Assembly (NCBI RefSeq): GCF_009914755.1
Contig: NC_060927.1
Reading direction: 5' to 3' (one strand)
From: the human T2T-CHM13v2.0 reference genome, Homo sapiens
DNA: 64,000 nt
Shown here: positions 12,808-33,448 of the stretch, in pieces
How positions within the stretch are numbered: position 1 is the first letter of the stretch
Layout: every line of letters begins with the position of its first letter
Program-made: the position numbers and the translations under genes
The notes under the pieces: generated by a model
Told to the model about the DNA's origin: nothing
The model's database searches: none
The model's input: the letters and a program-made list of their open reading frames with translations, nothing else

Positions 12808-14007
12808 ATTATATATATATCAAATTGGGAAGAATTATGTCTTAATAGTCAATGAAAACAGTATATCTTTCCATTTATTTAGGTGTTCTTTTATTTCTTT
12901 CATCAGTGTTTTGTATACAGATCTTACACATATATTATTAGATTTATATGTATTTCCTGTTTTTTGGTGCTCTTCTAAATAATTCCATGCAACTGAATGA
13001 TGTTGATTCCTTGAAAAAATTTTAGACTCCCTTTATTGTCAAGTATGCAGCATTTCAAAAAATTGTTCTACATGAACTTGAAAACAATGGGTATTCTGTG
13101 GGTGAGGGAGTAAAACTTACGTTTATCTAGTAGCTCAAGCTCCTTAATTATATTGTTTGAACTTCTGTAGCCTAACTAATGCTTTGCTACTTGATCCATT
13201 GGTTTTAAGAAAGTTCAATTAAAATGTTCCACTTTGTTTATATAAATATATAAATGATTGCAATTTTTAAATTTTATTTTTGTTTCTAGGATATAGAAAT
13301 TCAACTGATTTTTATATATTAACATTATATCCTGTACCCTTGCTAAATTTACTTATTAGTTCTGGAAGCTTTTTTGCAGATTCCTTGGGATTTTCTATTT
13401 AGACAATCATGTCATCTGAGAATAGAGTTTTATTTCTTCCTTTCTACTCTATATATCTCTTATTTTTCTTGCTGTATCACATCAGCCAGGACCTCCAGGA
13501 TGATGTTAAATAAGAGCAATGAGAAACTTGCTTTGTTCTTAGGAGAAAGTATTCACCAGTGTTTTACCAGTGAATATGATACTATCCTTATGTGCTTCTC
13601 CTATTAAACAAATAAATAAATATGATACTAGCTCTAAGTTTTTTATAGATTCTTTTTATCATGGGTAAATAGTATTTAAGATAAAACAGTTTGGGAGTGT
13701 GTAGCTCTAATGCCTCCAGGTCTTTGGGAAATAATAACTTCAAACAAAAAAGGAACTGTTACTTTTCTGTATTGTTACAACTTGTGCCTTCTAAATGTGC
13801 AAAATGCACAACACTTGATAAAAAAAAAAAAAAAAACCCAGTTACCAAGAAGTGGATGACATTGCAGAGCTATGCAATGGCTCTGAGTCAGCTGAAGATG
13901 GGGCTGGGTTACATTCCACCATCACTAACACTGACCAGCCTAAAAATACTTTTTCTAATTATAGAACAATATTTATTTATTGTAGAAAAATGTAAAATGC
14001 AATAGTG

Positions 14008-14352
<345 letters not shown>

Positions 14353-14443
14353 CTACCATTGTTAAGAACTTGGAGAGGAGGCAGTTTATGTCTTTTTTCT
14401 TCTCAATACATAGGCTTTTTTTAACTTAGAAAATGAAATTGTT

Positions 14444-20502
<6,059 letters not shown>

Positions 20503-20679
20503 AAAATGAAATTGTTGTGTATATTGGTTTGTAATATCCCTTTTTTGGTAGCAACTTGTCATGACTACCTCTTCATGTGAATTAATGCTCCCCTATACTA
20601 CCCTGTCAGTTTAGAGTCTATATGGTATTCCATTGTATGGCTGGACTGTAATGTATTTTGTTAAGCTCCTAATTTTATT

Positions 20680-21438
<759 letters not shown>

Positions 21439-21689
21439 TAATCACTGGATCAAAGAGTCAGAAACCTTTCTTGAGTTTTTACAGCACGATTTTTTGAAAT
21501 CCAGACTACCTTTTCTGTGTATGTTCCATCTAAGCAATCACCGTGCTGAGCCGTGTCAGCTGTCATACCTGCCTCCTCTGCCAGATGATGGGCTCTTAGG
21601 GACCAGGATTATTTCTTGTGCATTTTTATATCTCAGAACCCACCATGGTGCCTGGGACATGGTAGGCTCATAGAGATGAAAATCAAAAC

Positions 21690-21830
21690 TAGCATTTATT
21701 GAGTGCTTCCCAAGATCCAGGGCACAGTGACACCAAAGAGGAATGTTACCACCATTCCTATTTCACAAATGTAGAAACTTGGGCTTAGAGAGGTAAATAT
21801 CAGAACTATGCAGCTCATTATATCACAGGA
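21690..21830 (-). mobile_element. MIR fragment
   Basis: atttattgagtgctt...cctatttcacaaatgtagaaacttgggcttagagagg. Confidence 0.7.
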
Positions 21831-22061
21831 CAAATATTTGTTGAATGAAGATGTCACTTCAGGAATATTGTTTCTATGGAATAAAAGTAACTGCAAACTT
21901 GATGGTCAGTGTCACTAATTATGACAAAATATGTTTGAAGAACTTATTATTTTGTTTGACTTACAGATGTTGATTTTGCATGCATTGATATTCAGTGTCC
22001 CATGTTTCAGATTTCTAGATTTCTCCTAATAACTTCTCCTTTATGAGCTCTGTAGGGGTGA

Positions 22062-22402
<341 letters not shown>

Positions 22403-22439
22403 CATCACCAGCTTCTTTGCCTAATACAAAGTTCAAAAC

Positions 22440-22610
22440 ACTTGAATAGGTATCAGAAGCACGTGGAAGATTCATTAAAGCACAACTTGTGTGCTCCCAC
22501 CCTGAGTTTCTGATCCAACAAACTAGAGGAGGCCTGAGAATTTTAATTTCTAACAAGATCTCTGGTAAAACTGCTGCTGCTGGCCCAGAGACCCATTTTG
22601 AGAAATATTT
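22440..22610. mobile_element. MER5A-like hAT DNA transposon remnant
   Basis: gtttctgat...ggcctgagaatttt.atttctaacaag...gctgctggcc...ttttgagaa. Confidence 0.75.
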
Positions 22611-23239
22611 AGGCGCCAGTGGACTGTTGTACCCTGTTTACACTGTTGTACTCTCTGCTGCTCCAGGTCCCCTCCCCACATTTTTGCTCTGTTCTGAAGG
22701 CACAATCTACCTATACCACCATGTGTGAAGAGAGATCCCTTGTTATAATCAGGCCCGTCTCTTGGGGGCCTTTTAGCCAGCAGGTTGACCCAGTGAGGCA
22801 AGAAAAGCTCTGAAGTGGGACTAATCCACCTTGGCTTCTAGATGCAGCTCTACCTGACTTGACATAACCCCAGGCAAGTTCCTGCTTATGCCTCTTCTCT
22901 ACACAAAGAGAGTGAGACGGCTTCAATCCCTAAGGACCCCAGGTCTCAGACTTTCTGTTTCTTCTCAAATGTATATTCAAGCAACTCACTCATCCCTGCC
23001 CTGGCCATGTAGCAGACCACTATTAAAAAAAAAAAAAAAAAGAGAGGCTATATTTATTTCTCTGTCCTCATTTTCTGGTCATCGGACTTCAGAGGCCCTA
23101 ACTGCCTTCATTGAATTTACTAATTCAGTTATTCTTTTATTATTTCTTAGCCTTAGGATTCTTTGCTCTCTGTAGAGTGAGAAAGGCTTCTGTTTATAGT
23201 ACATTATTTCATGCAGCCATACCATGGCTTTTTTGTTTA

Positions 23240-23597
<358 letters not shown>

Positions 23598-23682
23598 TTA
23601 AAACAATTTTATATCATATCACTTACAACCAGTTTCTCACCTCAAAGTGAATCCAGTGAGACCTATTAGAAAAGTGGCTGAG

Positions 23683-23867
23683 ATCAGGATAAATAGTCAA
23701 TGCATCTGAGGCCTAATACCTAGGTGATGGGTTGATAGGTGCAGCAGACCACCATGGCACATGCTTACCCACGTAACAAACCTGGCACAGGTACCAATCA
23801 ATCAACAATCAAACAAACAATCAAGCACGGGTATCCCCTGAACTTAAAATTAAATTAAATTTAAAAA
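23683..23867 (+). mobile_element. Short 3' fragment of an older primate L1 (about L1PA10-16)
   Basis: taatacctaggtgatgggttgataggtgcagc; A tail; TSD AAAAGTGRCTGAG at 23670-23682 and 23868-23880. Confidence 0.88.
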
Positions 23868-24557
23868 AAAAGTGACTGAGTACTGCTGAATGCCCTTGCA
23901 AATCCGTGGGGTAGGAACAAATATAGTCTTGCTCCTTATGATTTAGGTATCCAATAACAAATGCAGGGGCCCGGTGATGGCCCAGTGATAGGAACAGCAG
24001 CCTCAAGGGCTCTAGGTTCTGTGAGTACAAACAGTAGAGCCTGTTATCCTGAAGGAAATTGGCTGGAGGAAACACTCAAATCTCATTTAGCTCCATTTAA
24101 TGCCAGTCATTAGAGTGAGGACAAGCTCCCCAGAAAGCATCCTTTTTGACTGGCTGACTACAGGGTAAAGTTCTAACCAAATGTATTTTACGCATACAAA
24201 TTCTTTTGAATTAATGTTTTTAAAGGGGGAAAAAAACATCTGAAAAAGGCCTCTTTTGAATCCAAAGTACTTTTCTCTGTAGGGAATCCTTGCCTTTTGC
24301 CCTTAGATTGGAAAGAGTACCTGAGACTTTTAAGTCCTATCTCTTTTTCAAACCATTAGGGTGGGAGGCCTTTTTGATTTGGGGAGCAGAATGGTTTCTT
24401 GGTGCTATAGGTAAAATACTACCTTCCCTGGGATTTCTTTGGAGCAAGGACAGGATCAGGAAGTAGTTTCCCACCATCCTCACCCACCACAGGAACTGGA
24501 TTTCCCATTCTTTTTCTGAGGTCATCTCAGGTTTATGAAGTCTCTGCTTCCTTCTAG

Positions 24558-24643
24558 GTGGAGGCCGAGTTGATTGACAAGCTGGACAGCATGGTGTCAG
24601 AAGGGAAAGGTGACGAGAGCTACAGGGAGCTCTTCAGCCTACT
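24558..24643 (+). CDS. DOCK3: DOCK3 coding exon (86 nt) VEAELIDKLDSMVSEGKGDESYRELFSL(L)
   Basis: ttctag| acceptor, CT|gtaagc donor. Confidence 0.96.
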
Positions 24644-25409
24644 GTAAGCTGCTCCAGCCCCAGGCACACCACACTGGGGGATGGGATGAAGTGGGCCAAT
24701 GAAAAGTAGAGGTTGCAACTGCACTGGCAGGCTTTAGAGGTTGGTCATCAAGAGGGACCTGGGTTGTTCCTGATGGTAGCAATGCTCAACTTCTGTCAAC
24801 AAGAAACCAAGGTCTTTCAGGGATTCCCATAGTTGACTGAAAAGATAGAAAACAGGTAATCTCTGAGCTCCTGGATTTGCTGACAGGAAAAGGATCATTG
24901 CGTGTCTTCATAACATGCACTGCATCTGGATGGGGGGCAGACGGTTCATGGAGACTCAGTTCTGGGCTCAATGCTGGCATTTCAAGGTGGGGGATAAATC
25001 CTCCTTTGAGAGACAGGTTCCTGTTTGCCCTGCTTTGTAAGGTAGTACAATCAGCTCACATTGCAGTGAGCTCTTGAACAAGCTGCAACACTCTTTCCAG
25101 GCCAGTTTTCATGTTTGTGGAATGAGATGGTTGTACTGAATGATGTCAGGGTTCTTCTGGATCCTCCATTCCATGGTTTCTGGCTTGAGTTGATGGAGGC
25201 CAAGAGACCTGAAGAGAGACCCAGGGGAACTATGGCCCTCCCAAGTAGATAGTGATGTTGCTATTTTATCTTCCTAAAAAATGAAATCTTAAGATATTTA
25301 TAGCTCTAGAATACCCTCCCCATCTTACTTATTTCCAACTTTGAGATGTTCTTTGTTTTAGTACCATTTTGAAGACAAACCTCTAGCATATTTTTTCAGG
25401 AATAATACT

Positions 25410-25625
25410 ATCCATTTGCTTAGAACTTTCCAGTGTGCAAAATGTATTGGCATTTCTTACCTTATTTGATCATCACAACATACCTGCAAGGTGTGCAGAG
25501 TAGAAATTATCTTCCCTCCCACTTGAGAGATAAAGAACTGGGCTCAGGGAAGTGCCAGCCTGCACTCAGTTGCATGATCAGTAAGAGGCAGCTCTGGAAG
25601 GAGGGCCCAGATCTTCTAATTTAAA
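25410..25625 (-). mobile_element. MIR fragment
   Basis: ttatttgatcatcacaaca...gagataaagaactgggctcaggga. Confidence 0.65.
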
Positions 25626-26096
25626 AAGGGGGGAGTCTCCCCTATACTATGCCCATTTTGTTTCTTGAGGAGTCATGAGGTAAAATGTAAATTTATTTTT
25701 AATTTAAATAATTACAATTTGTGAAAATGAATCCATACTTTAGTATTTCTTTTTTAGCCGAAGATTTGTCTAATTGTGGAAACAAGGCAGTGTTCCTTGG
25801 CCACTAACAAATGACTACTACAAAGGAAAAAGTACAAAAATAATCTGTAATTACTAATTACCTGACCAAATCATGTTTATAAGCTCTTTTAAAATCAGTC
25901 TAAGAACTGAGAACCACTGATAACATGGAGCAGCATTTTCCAATTTGTGTTTTTGGAAGATGTTTGTAGGTATGCTAAAAAAAAAAAAAAAGTAAATCAT
26001 GGGTGAATTAGTTTAGAAAAGATTCAGCTAAGCAAAATTGAACAAGCCTCTTTATTGTAGGACTTCTCAAAGCCTTTGTTGTGCAAAAGGATATGA

Positions 26097-26225
26097 GCTG
26101 GGTGCAGTGGTACGCACCTGTAATCCCAGCTACTTGGGAGGCTAAGGTGGGAGGATTGCTTGAACCCAGGAGTTCGAGACTATCCTGAGCAACATAGCAG
26201 GACCCCATCTCAAAAAAGAAAAAAT
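26097..26225 (+). mobile_element. FLAM Alu monomer
   Basis: monomer with A tail; TSD AAAGGATATGA. Confidence 0.9.
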
Positions 26226-26978
26226 AAAGGATATGAAAAATCTCCAAAAGGAGGGTATAGTGATCAGCATTTCCCAATTTTCCATGCTTGTGTGCTCACA
26301 GAACATTTCCACCTGTCCTCTAGGACAGAGACCTCTGTAGAACACATTTGAAAAATGCTGGTACATTTCTCAACGGATAAAGCCACAGAAGTCAGATTCA
26401 GTGTTCTTACCTTCTCTAACAACAGGAGTCACCTGGAAAACCCTCACTTTCTCAGAAGCCTGGCCTAGGCAGTATGCTCTGTGCAAGGAGACAGTCATCA
26501 TTGTAGCAGCAGCATTAACAGCAGTCAGGCTGTGGGTTTGAGTCCCCAGTGCTAGACCCCTAACTGGGTCTGCCACCCCAGGTGACTCTCATGACCTTAG
26601 AGAGCAAGGAATAGTGTGGAAAGGAATCAGGAATAGGGTTGTATGGAGTGAAGGATGGACCTGGGCTCATCACTGGAACAAGCAGAAAGAGTTCAGGTCA
26701 TTGTCCATTAGGAAAGACCTGTGCGATGGCAGAGGATCTCAGAAGCCAGGCTTTTGGAGAAGCCAGGGGCTGCCCTGAGGTACCAGGAGCATGGGGTTGT
26801 CAAGTAAGAAAAGAACCTGGACATTTAGCTCCTGGCTCTGGCACATTTTGCTTGGGAGCATTCCCTGTGACAGTAGGATGGCCAAGTATAGCTCCTGGAC
26901 TTGCTCACTTTCCCTCATGTTGGGGCCCCAAGACTAGTGGAATCTTTCCCTTAGTTTCCATGAAGATGATGGGTTTAA

Positions 26979-27103
26979 GCTGGGTATGGTGGCTCATGCC
27001 CATAATCCAAGCACTTTGGGAGGTCGAGGCAGGAGAATCACTTGAGGCTAGGAGTTCAAGGCCAGACTGGGCAACATAGCAAGACCCCATCTTAAAAAAG
27101 AAA
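26979..27103 (+). mobile_element. FLAM_C-like Alu monomer
   Basis: gctgggtatggtggctcatgcc...caagaccccatct + A tail. Confidence 0.88.
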
Positions 27104-27420
27104 GATTAAAATTTTGAAAAACAGAGCTTGGTGAGGATGGCTCTGGGCAGTGATAAAGACAGTCAGCCATTGGCAAAGTCAGGCTTATCCCTCAGTGGGC
27201 TCTTGTTCAACTACTGCTTCAGAACAGACCTCAACTACTCCTTTAGAACAGAAGAGAAGTGAGTTACAGTGTATGCCTAAGGTGGCTGGAGCCGAACCCC
27301 TCCCTCCCCCCACCTCAGTGGCATCCTTAGGAACTTGTACATGGAAATAGAAGATGTGTTTTCATTTGTTGCTGCCAGTTCAGTAACCTCCTTATCTTTG
27401 CTTTCTGCTGCATGGAGTAG

Positions 27421-27447
27421 AACCCAGCTGTTTGGGCCCTACCCCAG
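27421..27447 (+). CDS. DOCK3: DOCK3 27-nt frame-preserving microexon TQLFGPYP(S)
   Basis: gagtag| acceptor, AG|gtaaga donor; phase 2-2; matches the DOCK3 peptide as I recall it (SLLTQLFGPYPSLLEK). Confidence 0.9.
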
Positions 27448-27577
27448 GTAAGACTGCAGTGTGGTAAGTCTGCTGTCTCCAGATCCATCACAGCCTCCAT
27501 GGGCTCTTGGACTTCACTCTTGTGCCCAGGAGAAGGCTCATGAATTGTGTTTGCTTTCTCCACCCCTCCACCAATAG

Positions 27578-27673
27578 CCTGCTGGAGAAGGTTGAACAAG
27601 AAACATGGCGCGAGACCGGCATTTCCTTTGTGACCTCAGTCACCCGCCTCATGGAACGTCTTCTTGACTACAG
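27578..27673 (+). CDS. DOCK3: DOCK3 coding exon (96 nt) LLEKVEQETWRETGISFVTSVTRLMERLLDY(R)
   Basis: aatag| acceptor, AG|gtatct donor. Confidence 0.96.
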
Positions 27674-28272
27674 GTATCTTCTCAGCCACCCGCTCCCCTC
27701 TTCCCTTGTCAGGATACTCTCTCTGGCAAGGGAATCCCCCTGACCTGAAAACTGAGACCATGTGCTCTTCATGGGGAGGACTGTTGTGATATTGGGTGCC
27801 ATCACCAGTCAATAGGAATCTGCTGATGACCAAGGAGAGACAGAGACTTTTCCCAGGGGTAGGCTAGGGCCTCCTGGGATTCCCCACTAAAATGTGGGCA
27901 CATGTACCCTGGAGGGATCTCAGGGACATGTAGTCATCTGGCCTTCCATCCAGAAGGGTCAAGGCTCAGAGGAATGGGCACAGCAAGAGGGAAGAGTAAA
28001 GCTGTCTCCAGAGCAGGGCAGGGAACAGCTGTAGGTCCTTAGTGCAGACCCTCCTCAGAACCATATGGCAGATGAGCAGAGAAGTATCACCTGGAGGACT
28101 TGAAGTTGGCTTTTCCAGGGACTAGGGACCCCACTTTTCAATGCCTATATTCTTTATCTAAAATCTATGTATTTCTGTCCCTTGGTCGTGGCCAGAATAG
28201 ATTAGAGGAAACAGCCTGTGAGCTCAGAGATCTTCATATTATGTCCAGTCTGGGAGTTCATGTGGAATAAGA

Positions 28273-28566
28273 ATTTTTTTTTTTTTTTGAGATAGTCTTG
28301 CTTTGTCACCCAGACTGGAGGGCAATCATGGCTCACTGCAGCCTCGAAGTCCTAGGCTCAAGCGATCCTCCCACCTCAGCCTCCTGAGTAGCTGGGGCTA
28401 CAAGCTCATGCCACCATGCCCGGCTAATTTTTTGTTTTTTGTTTTTGTACAGACAAGTTCCCACTGTGTTGCCCAGGCTGGTCTCAAATTCCTGGGCTCA
28501 AGTGATCCTCCCACCTCAACCTCCCAAAGTGCTGAGATTACAGGCCTGAGCTGCTGCACCCAGCCA
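28273..28566 (-). mobile_element. AluJ-like
   Basis: poly-T, ggctcaagcgatcctcccacctcagcc. Confidence 0.9.
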
Positions 28567-29595
28567 GAATTAGAATTTCTTAATGAAAGTCTGCCTTCTC
28601 AGTTGTATCATGGCTTTTGAATTAGTCCAAACATGACAATGAAGCCACAACTGCAGCCTTAATCATTCTCTCAGCAGGGTTCAGGTGATGGCTGAAGGTG
28701 CCTTTTGGGAGCCTGGAGGAAGGTGAGGAGAAATGATAAATGAAACCCAGCTCCAAGCAATAGTTGCCTTCTCTGTGCTATAAGCTGTGCAAATGCCAAA
28801 TGAGGGGAGCATTTTCAGCTCATGGATCAGGAAATAGGAGAGTTAAGCCTGGATCCAGTTGCTGCTGAAGTAGAAGATGCTGCTATGCAAAAGATACAGG
28901 TGTCCAATGCACTGGCCTGGATATGGAAATGGAATTCCTGAGAAATGTGCTCATGTCTTAAGCATCCCCCCATTCTGTAGCACAGCTATGCTTGTGTGAA
29001 CTTTAGCCCATTTTTCCTGGGCCTTTCGAGTTCAAAGCTGGCCTTGGGGCCCCTTTTACAGCAGGAGACTTCTTTGTTCACACCAGGTCCGTAGCTTCTC
29101 CTGCAGCTGCAATTAGACAGGGAAGAGAGGTGGGTAAAGTGCTGCACCTCCCCCTTTCCAAAACATTTTCTAAAGTTTGGCTTTATTCACCGTGGCCTAA
29201 CAAAGGAGCAGAAAATAATTTCTTAGGCTCCAAGGCCTTATTCTAGCCGCCTGTTTGATTTCTTTAGCTGCCTTCTACAAGCAGCTCAAACTCATGCCCA
29301 AAAGCAACTTCATTCTCTATTTCTTGTCTCAATGGTGGTATCTACAAAAAGGCCAAAGTCTTTAATATGGCATCACTGGCCTTTACTCACTTCTCCAGAC
29401 CAATCTTCTGCTAGTCCCCAGTACTCATGCCCTACACACCAGCCTCCCAGTGTTGCTTCTTGCTAACATGAAAGGAAACAGCATAATGTTGATGATGGCC
29501 CCTGTTTATTGAAAATCTACCACGAGTGCTCTACATACATTTTCTCTAATCCCATAAGCATCCTCATTCTTTTTATCCATGAGGAGACAACTAAA

Positions 29596-29695
29596 GTATA
29601 CATATGTAACAAACCTGCAGGTTGTGCACATGTACCCTAGAACTTAAAATATAATTTAAAAAAAAAAAAGAAAAAGCCAAAAAAAAAGAAGAAGA
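29596..29695 (+). mobile_element. Extreme 3' tip of L1PA plus A tail, inserted in a MIR (about 29500-29750)
   Basis: tatacatatgtaacaaacctgca.gttgtgcacatgtaccctagaacttaaa. Confidence 0.85.
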
Positions 29696-30129
29696 AGTAC
29701 CACTGCTAGGATTTGAACCCAGATCTAGCTGACTCAAGAACCATGCCCTATCTCTGTGTCCATGTTGTCACCACTTAATCACTTGTATTTTCCCTTCAGG
29801 TTTCTCTGTATGCTGTGTTCTCTCCCAAGAGTGGTCTTCCAACTCACCCCTATTAAGGAAGCTTTCCCAAGCCAGGAGCTTACCTTTCCGTGCACACATT
29901 GAATGATGATCATTTGTCATTCTGTCTTACCTTACAAAAGAGGACCAGCTCCTTGAGGATAGGAACCTTGTCCTTATCTCCCTGTTCCCCTGTATGGGGG
30001 CCAGCTCCTGGCAGGTGCATAGTAAATAATGAGTGATAAACTTGTTGGAAAGACCATGCAGGAACCAAGCAACTCTTTTCCTCTGCCTCAATGCAGTTAG
30101 TTCAAGAACTTACTAAGAAAAGAGTTGTT

Positions 30130-30440
30130 GGCCAGGCACAGTGGCACAAGCCTGTAATCCCAGCACTGTGGGAGACCAAGGCAGGCAAATTGCTTAAGCT
30201 CAGGAGTTTGAGACCAGCCTGGACAATATGGCGAAACCCCATCTCTATGAAAAATTGGAAAAGTAGCCAGGCATGGTGACATGCACCTGTGGTCCCAGCT
30301 ACTTTGGAGGCTGAGGTGGGCGAATCACTTTAGCCGGGGAGGTCGAGGATGCAGTGAGCTGAGATTGCGCCACTGAACTCCAGCTTGGGCGACAAAATGA
30401 GACCCTGTCTCAAAAAAAAAAAAAAAGAAAAGAAAAGAAA
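30130..30440 (+). mobile_element. AluJ-like with (GAAAA)n tail
   Basis: full dimer; TSD AAGAAAAKAGTTGTT. Confidence 0.92.
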
Positions 30441-32778
30441 AAGAAAATAGTTGTTGATATGACTCAAGGGAAGGACATCAAACAAAAAGGAAAAAATAAT
30501 TGTTCAAAGTTTTAAAATACATACATTGATTAAACAAATAATCAATAGATTGTACTCTAGAATTACCTGAACCTGTTATGTAAGACTCAATTTTAGACTG
30601 GCAAAACTTTAGGTACTCAGAGGAATACCTCTTCAACTTTTATATCAATGTCTTTAACTTTTGTGTGAATCTCAGACACTCTGTGTCAGACATGAAGATT
30701 CTCACTGGTAGTAACTATATTTCCCAGGTTAGGAAGCAGAGCCCTAGAAGGGTTTTTTTGTTTTTTTTTTTGTGCCTGGAACAGACAGGGACAGAGCTAG
30801 AGTTGCCAAGCCCTTGTGGCTCAGAGTGGAACCTCTACCTGGAATGGGCAACTGAGGGTTATGAAGCCTTCCTTTCCCAGGCCTCTCAGGTTGCAATGAG
30901 GGCTTCCTGGTCACTGATGTAGTCCCCAGCCAGCCCACTACTCAGGTGAGCCGGATGCTTCAGAAGCCTCTTTCTGGAGTCTTCCCTGCTCACCCTTCAG
31001 AGAAAGAGCAAGAGGAAAGCAACAGCTGCACCTAAGTCAGACTTTAAAAGGCATCCACCATGAAGTAGCCACACAGAAGTGATGCAGAGGTACACAAAAA
31101 AAGAGTCTGCTGTCAGCAGTGCAGAGGAGAAGCAGTCATAGAGCACAGAAGTGTGTAGGATGCCCCTGGTATCACAGTGTTGAGGCCAGTTCCTTTCTGT
31201 TTAAGGGACTTAGCTATGAAGTTCTGGTTATGGCCAAATAGAAGTTAATCCGTGGTAAATGTTTCAGATGCTTTATAGAAAATACAAATCACTAAATGCC
31301 AAAGTGGCTAGGTAAAATCTCACTGCCCTTCATGGGGCCAACTTACTGGGGAGACAGATGCCTTCTACCATTGTGTGGGTTGCTTGGAACAACTTGGCCA
31401 TCTGACCTCAGCCTCACTCCTCGAAAAGTCAAGCAGTTTCCTGGCTCTGCTAGCGCTAAAGGGACAGGTTCTGCAGAGGGATGTTCAGGACCCTCATGTC
31501 TGGCTACATAGGAACCAAATATCTTACGTGGTGAATGTGCTGATAGGTCAAACCCCCCTAGAAAGGAGGGCCTTGGTTCCAAACCTCTCAAACCTATCAA
31601 CTCTGACAGGAGACTTCCACAGGAAGGACATTTGGCTTTGCAGAATATCATGAGAGGAGTATGGATTTTCAACATCCTTTTCTTTCAAAGAAGTCATCCC
31701 AAGGTTCTTCCTCTGCATGATGGGAAGGTGGGGAGAACTGGGTTTGTCAAATGACCATCCAGAGGCTCAGTGACTTGGCCTAGGGACCCTGACTCCCAGC
31801 TGTACTGCTCTTCACTGGGCCCTGTGCCTGCCAGTGGAGCAAAGCCAAAGACACTCTCCAACCTGACCCTAGAAATCTGTATAAACCCCTTTCTGCAGCT
31901 TTTCCCCAGAGCTGCTAATACACAGCTGCACAAGAAACTAGATCTTCTCCATAGCAGTGTGGGCTGCTATGGAAGGAGACACATCAGGCAGATGGCACTC
32001 TGGCTGGCATAGGAGATGTCTTGCTGGATTCACCAGTCTGGTTCTCATTCTCCTTCATCTCCTTGTGCCAGGCTTCTGCTCCTTTCCAGAGGAGCTTGGC
32101 TTTGACCAACCCTCTCCCTATCTTGGAAAAGATCCATTCTCAGTGTTCCTATTTTCCTATCTCTCACAGGCCATCCCTGACCCCTCCTACACCCAGACCC
32201 TGCTAGGTATGAATGCAGCTCAGTCCTGGCTGATGCTTTAAGCACGAGACCTGCTGCTTCTGGTGATAGATGGCTCCAAACACTAGTACACAGGAAGGAA
32301 ACCATAGGGAGAAATGTCAACTAGGTGGTGAACATGTACAGAGCCCTGAAGCTAGGGCCCTGAAGTGGAGGGTCTTGGCTTCTATTCAGCACTCCTACAA
32401 AATGAAACCTGCCCTTTAAGGAGAATTCTGTGCCTCCCTTTTTGGGAAGTTGAGGATTTGGCCTTCCACTTAATTCATATACCCTTTTGTGCCAAGGACA
32501 TTGGTAGGTGCCACTTAATACCCTGATGTAGCTCTGGGCTCTCTCTGTGCTCTGCCACCAGAATAAGGGGCTCAGTTGAACAGAGATCTTTGAGCCCTGA
32601 GAGTGGTTCCAAAGCTAAAGGAGCTCACAGTAGAGTCCTTATCTATGGAAGCAGTTCCTGTTGGAGGCCATCTCAATCTGGGATTTGGTCATACTAATGC
32701 CCCAGTGATAGTACAGTTCTATGTGTTGTCTCAAGGCCCCACTTCATATCTGGTGCTCATCTGTGCTCTCTCTTCCAG

Positions 32779-32839
32779 GGACTGCATGAAAGGAGAGGAA
32801 ACAGAGAATAAGAAGATAGGCTGCACTGTTAACCTGATG
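32779..32839 (+). CDS. DOCK3: DOCK3 coding exon (61 nt) DCMKGEETENKKIGCTVNLM
   Basis: ttccag| acceptor, ATG|gtgaga donor. Confidence 0.96.
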
Positions 32840-33354
32840 GTGAGAGGACATGGGCCCTGACTTCTCTCTGCCTACTGAAATGGTTTCTGTCCTGCACTGT
32901 GATTGGCTTGGCCCTTCTACAATACATGGCTGCAGGCCTAAGGGTTTGAATCAGGACATCAGCTCTGTTACTGGTATCTTAGAGGCCTGCACTCCCCCAA
33001 ACACATTCCTACTTGGGGAAGGAATGAAACGAGCTTCTCTTTGGATAGAACTCTAGCCTGGCCTCTTGGCAAGGACCCACTAACCCTGACATACCCAATT
33101 CACAGTCAACCCTGACTCCTGATCTGCCCTGATGCTTTTCCTCTTAACACTACCCAGGGCTCCCATAGACCTGCCAGTGGTTCCACCCACAGCAGGTGTT
33201 CCTTCTGGCTGGTGCTTTCTCCTTCTGGTGCTGTCTGCCTCCAGGGCCTGCCCTCCCCCTCCTGCCCAGCACACCCACGGCTATGGCCAGCTGCCCAGAG
33301 CTTGGCTATGGCTTCCACAGGTAGTTGACAGGTGTTTCCTTCTCTTTATTGTAG

Positions 33355-33448
33355 AATTTTTACAAATCTGAGATTAACAAGGAAGAAATGTATATCCGCT
33401 ACATCCATAAGCTTTGTGACATGCACTTGCAGGCCGAAAACTACACAG
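33355..33448 (+). CDS. DOCK3: DOCK3 coding exon (94 nt), start of DHR-2: [31 protein letters not shown](E)
   Basis: ttgtag| acceptor, G|gtaagt donor; DOCK-A/B MYIRY motif. Confidence 0.97.

Noticed and set aside
13680-13845. About 130 nt ending in poly-A with weak AAAAC..AGTT flanks; possible retrocopy
   Set aside because: Flanking repeat too short and imperfect, and no recognisable source
33311-33324. ccacag|gtag AG-GT motif resembling a recursive splice site
   Set aside because: Intron is only about 0.5 kb and the donor match is weak; likely chance
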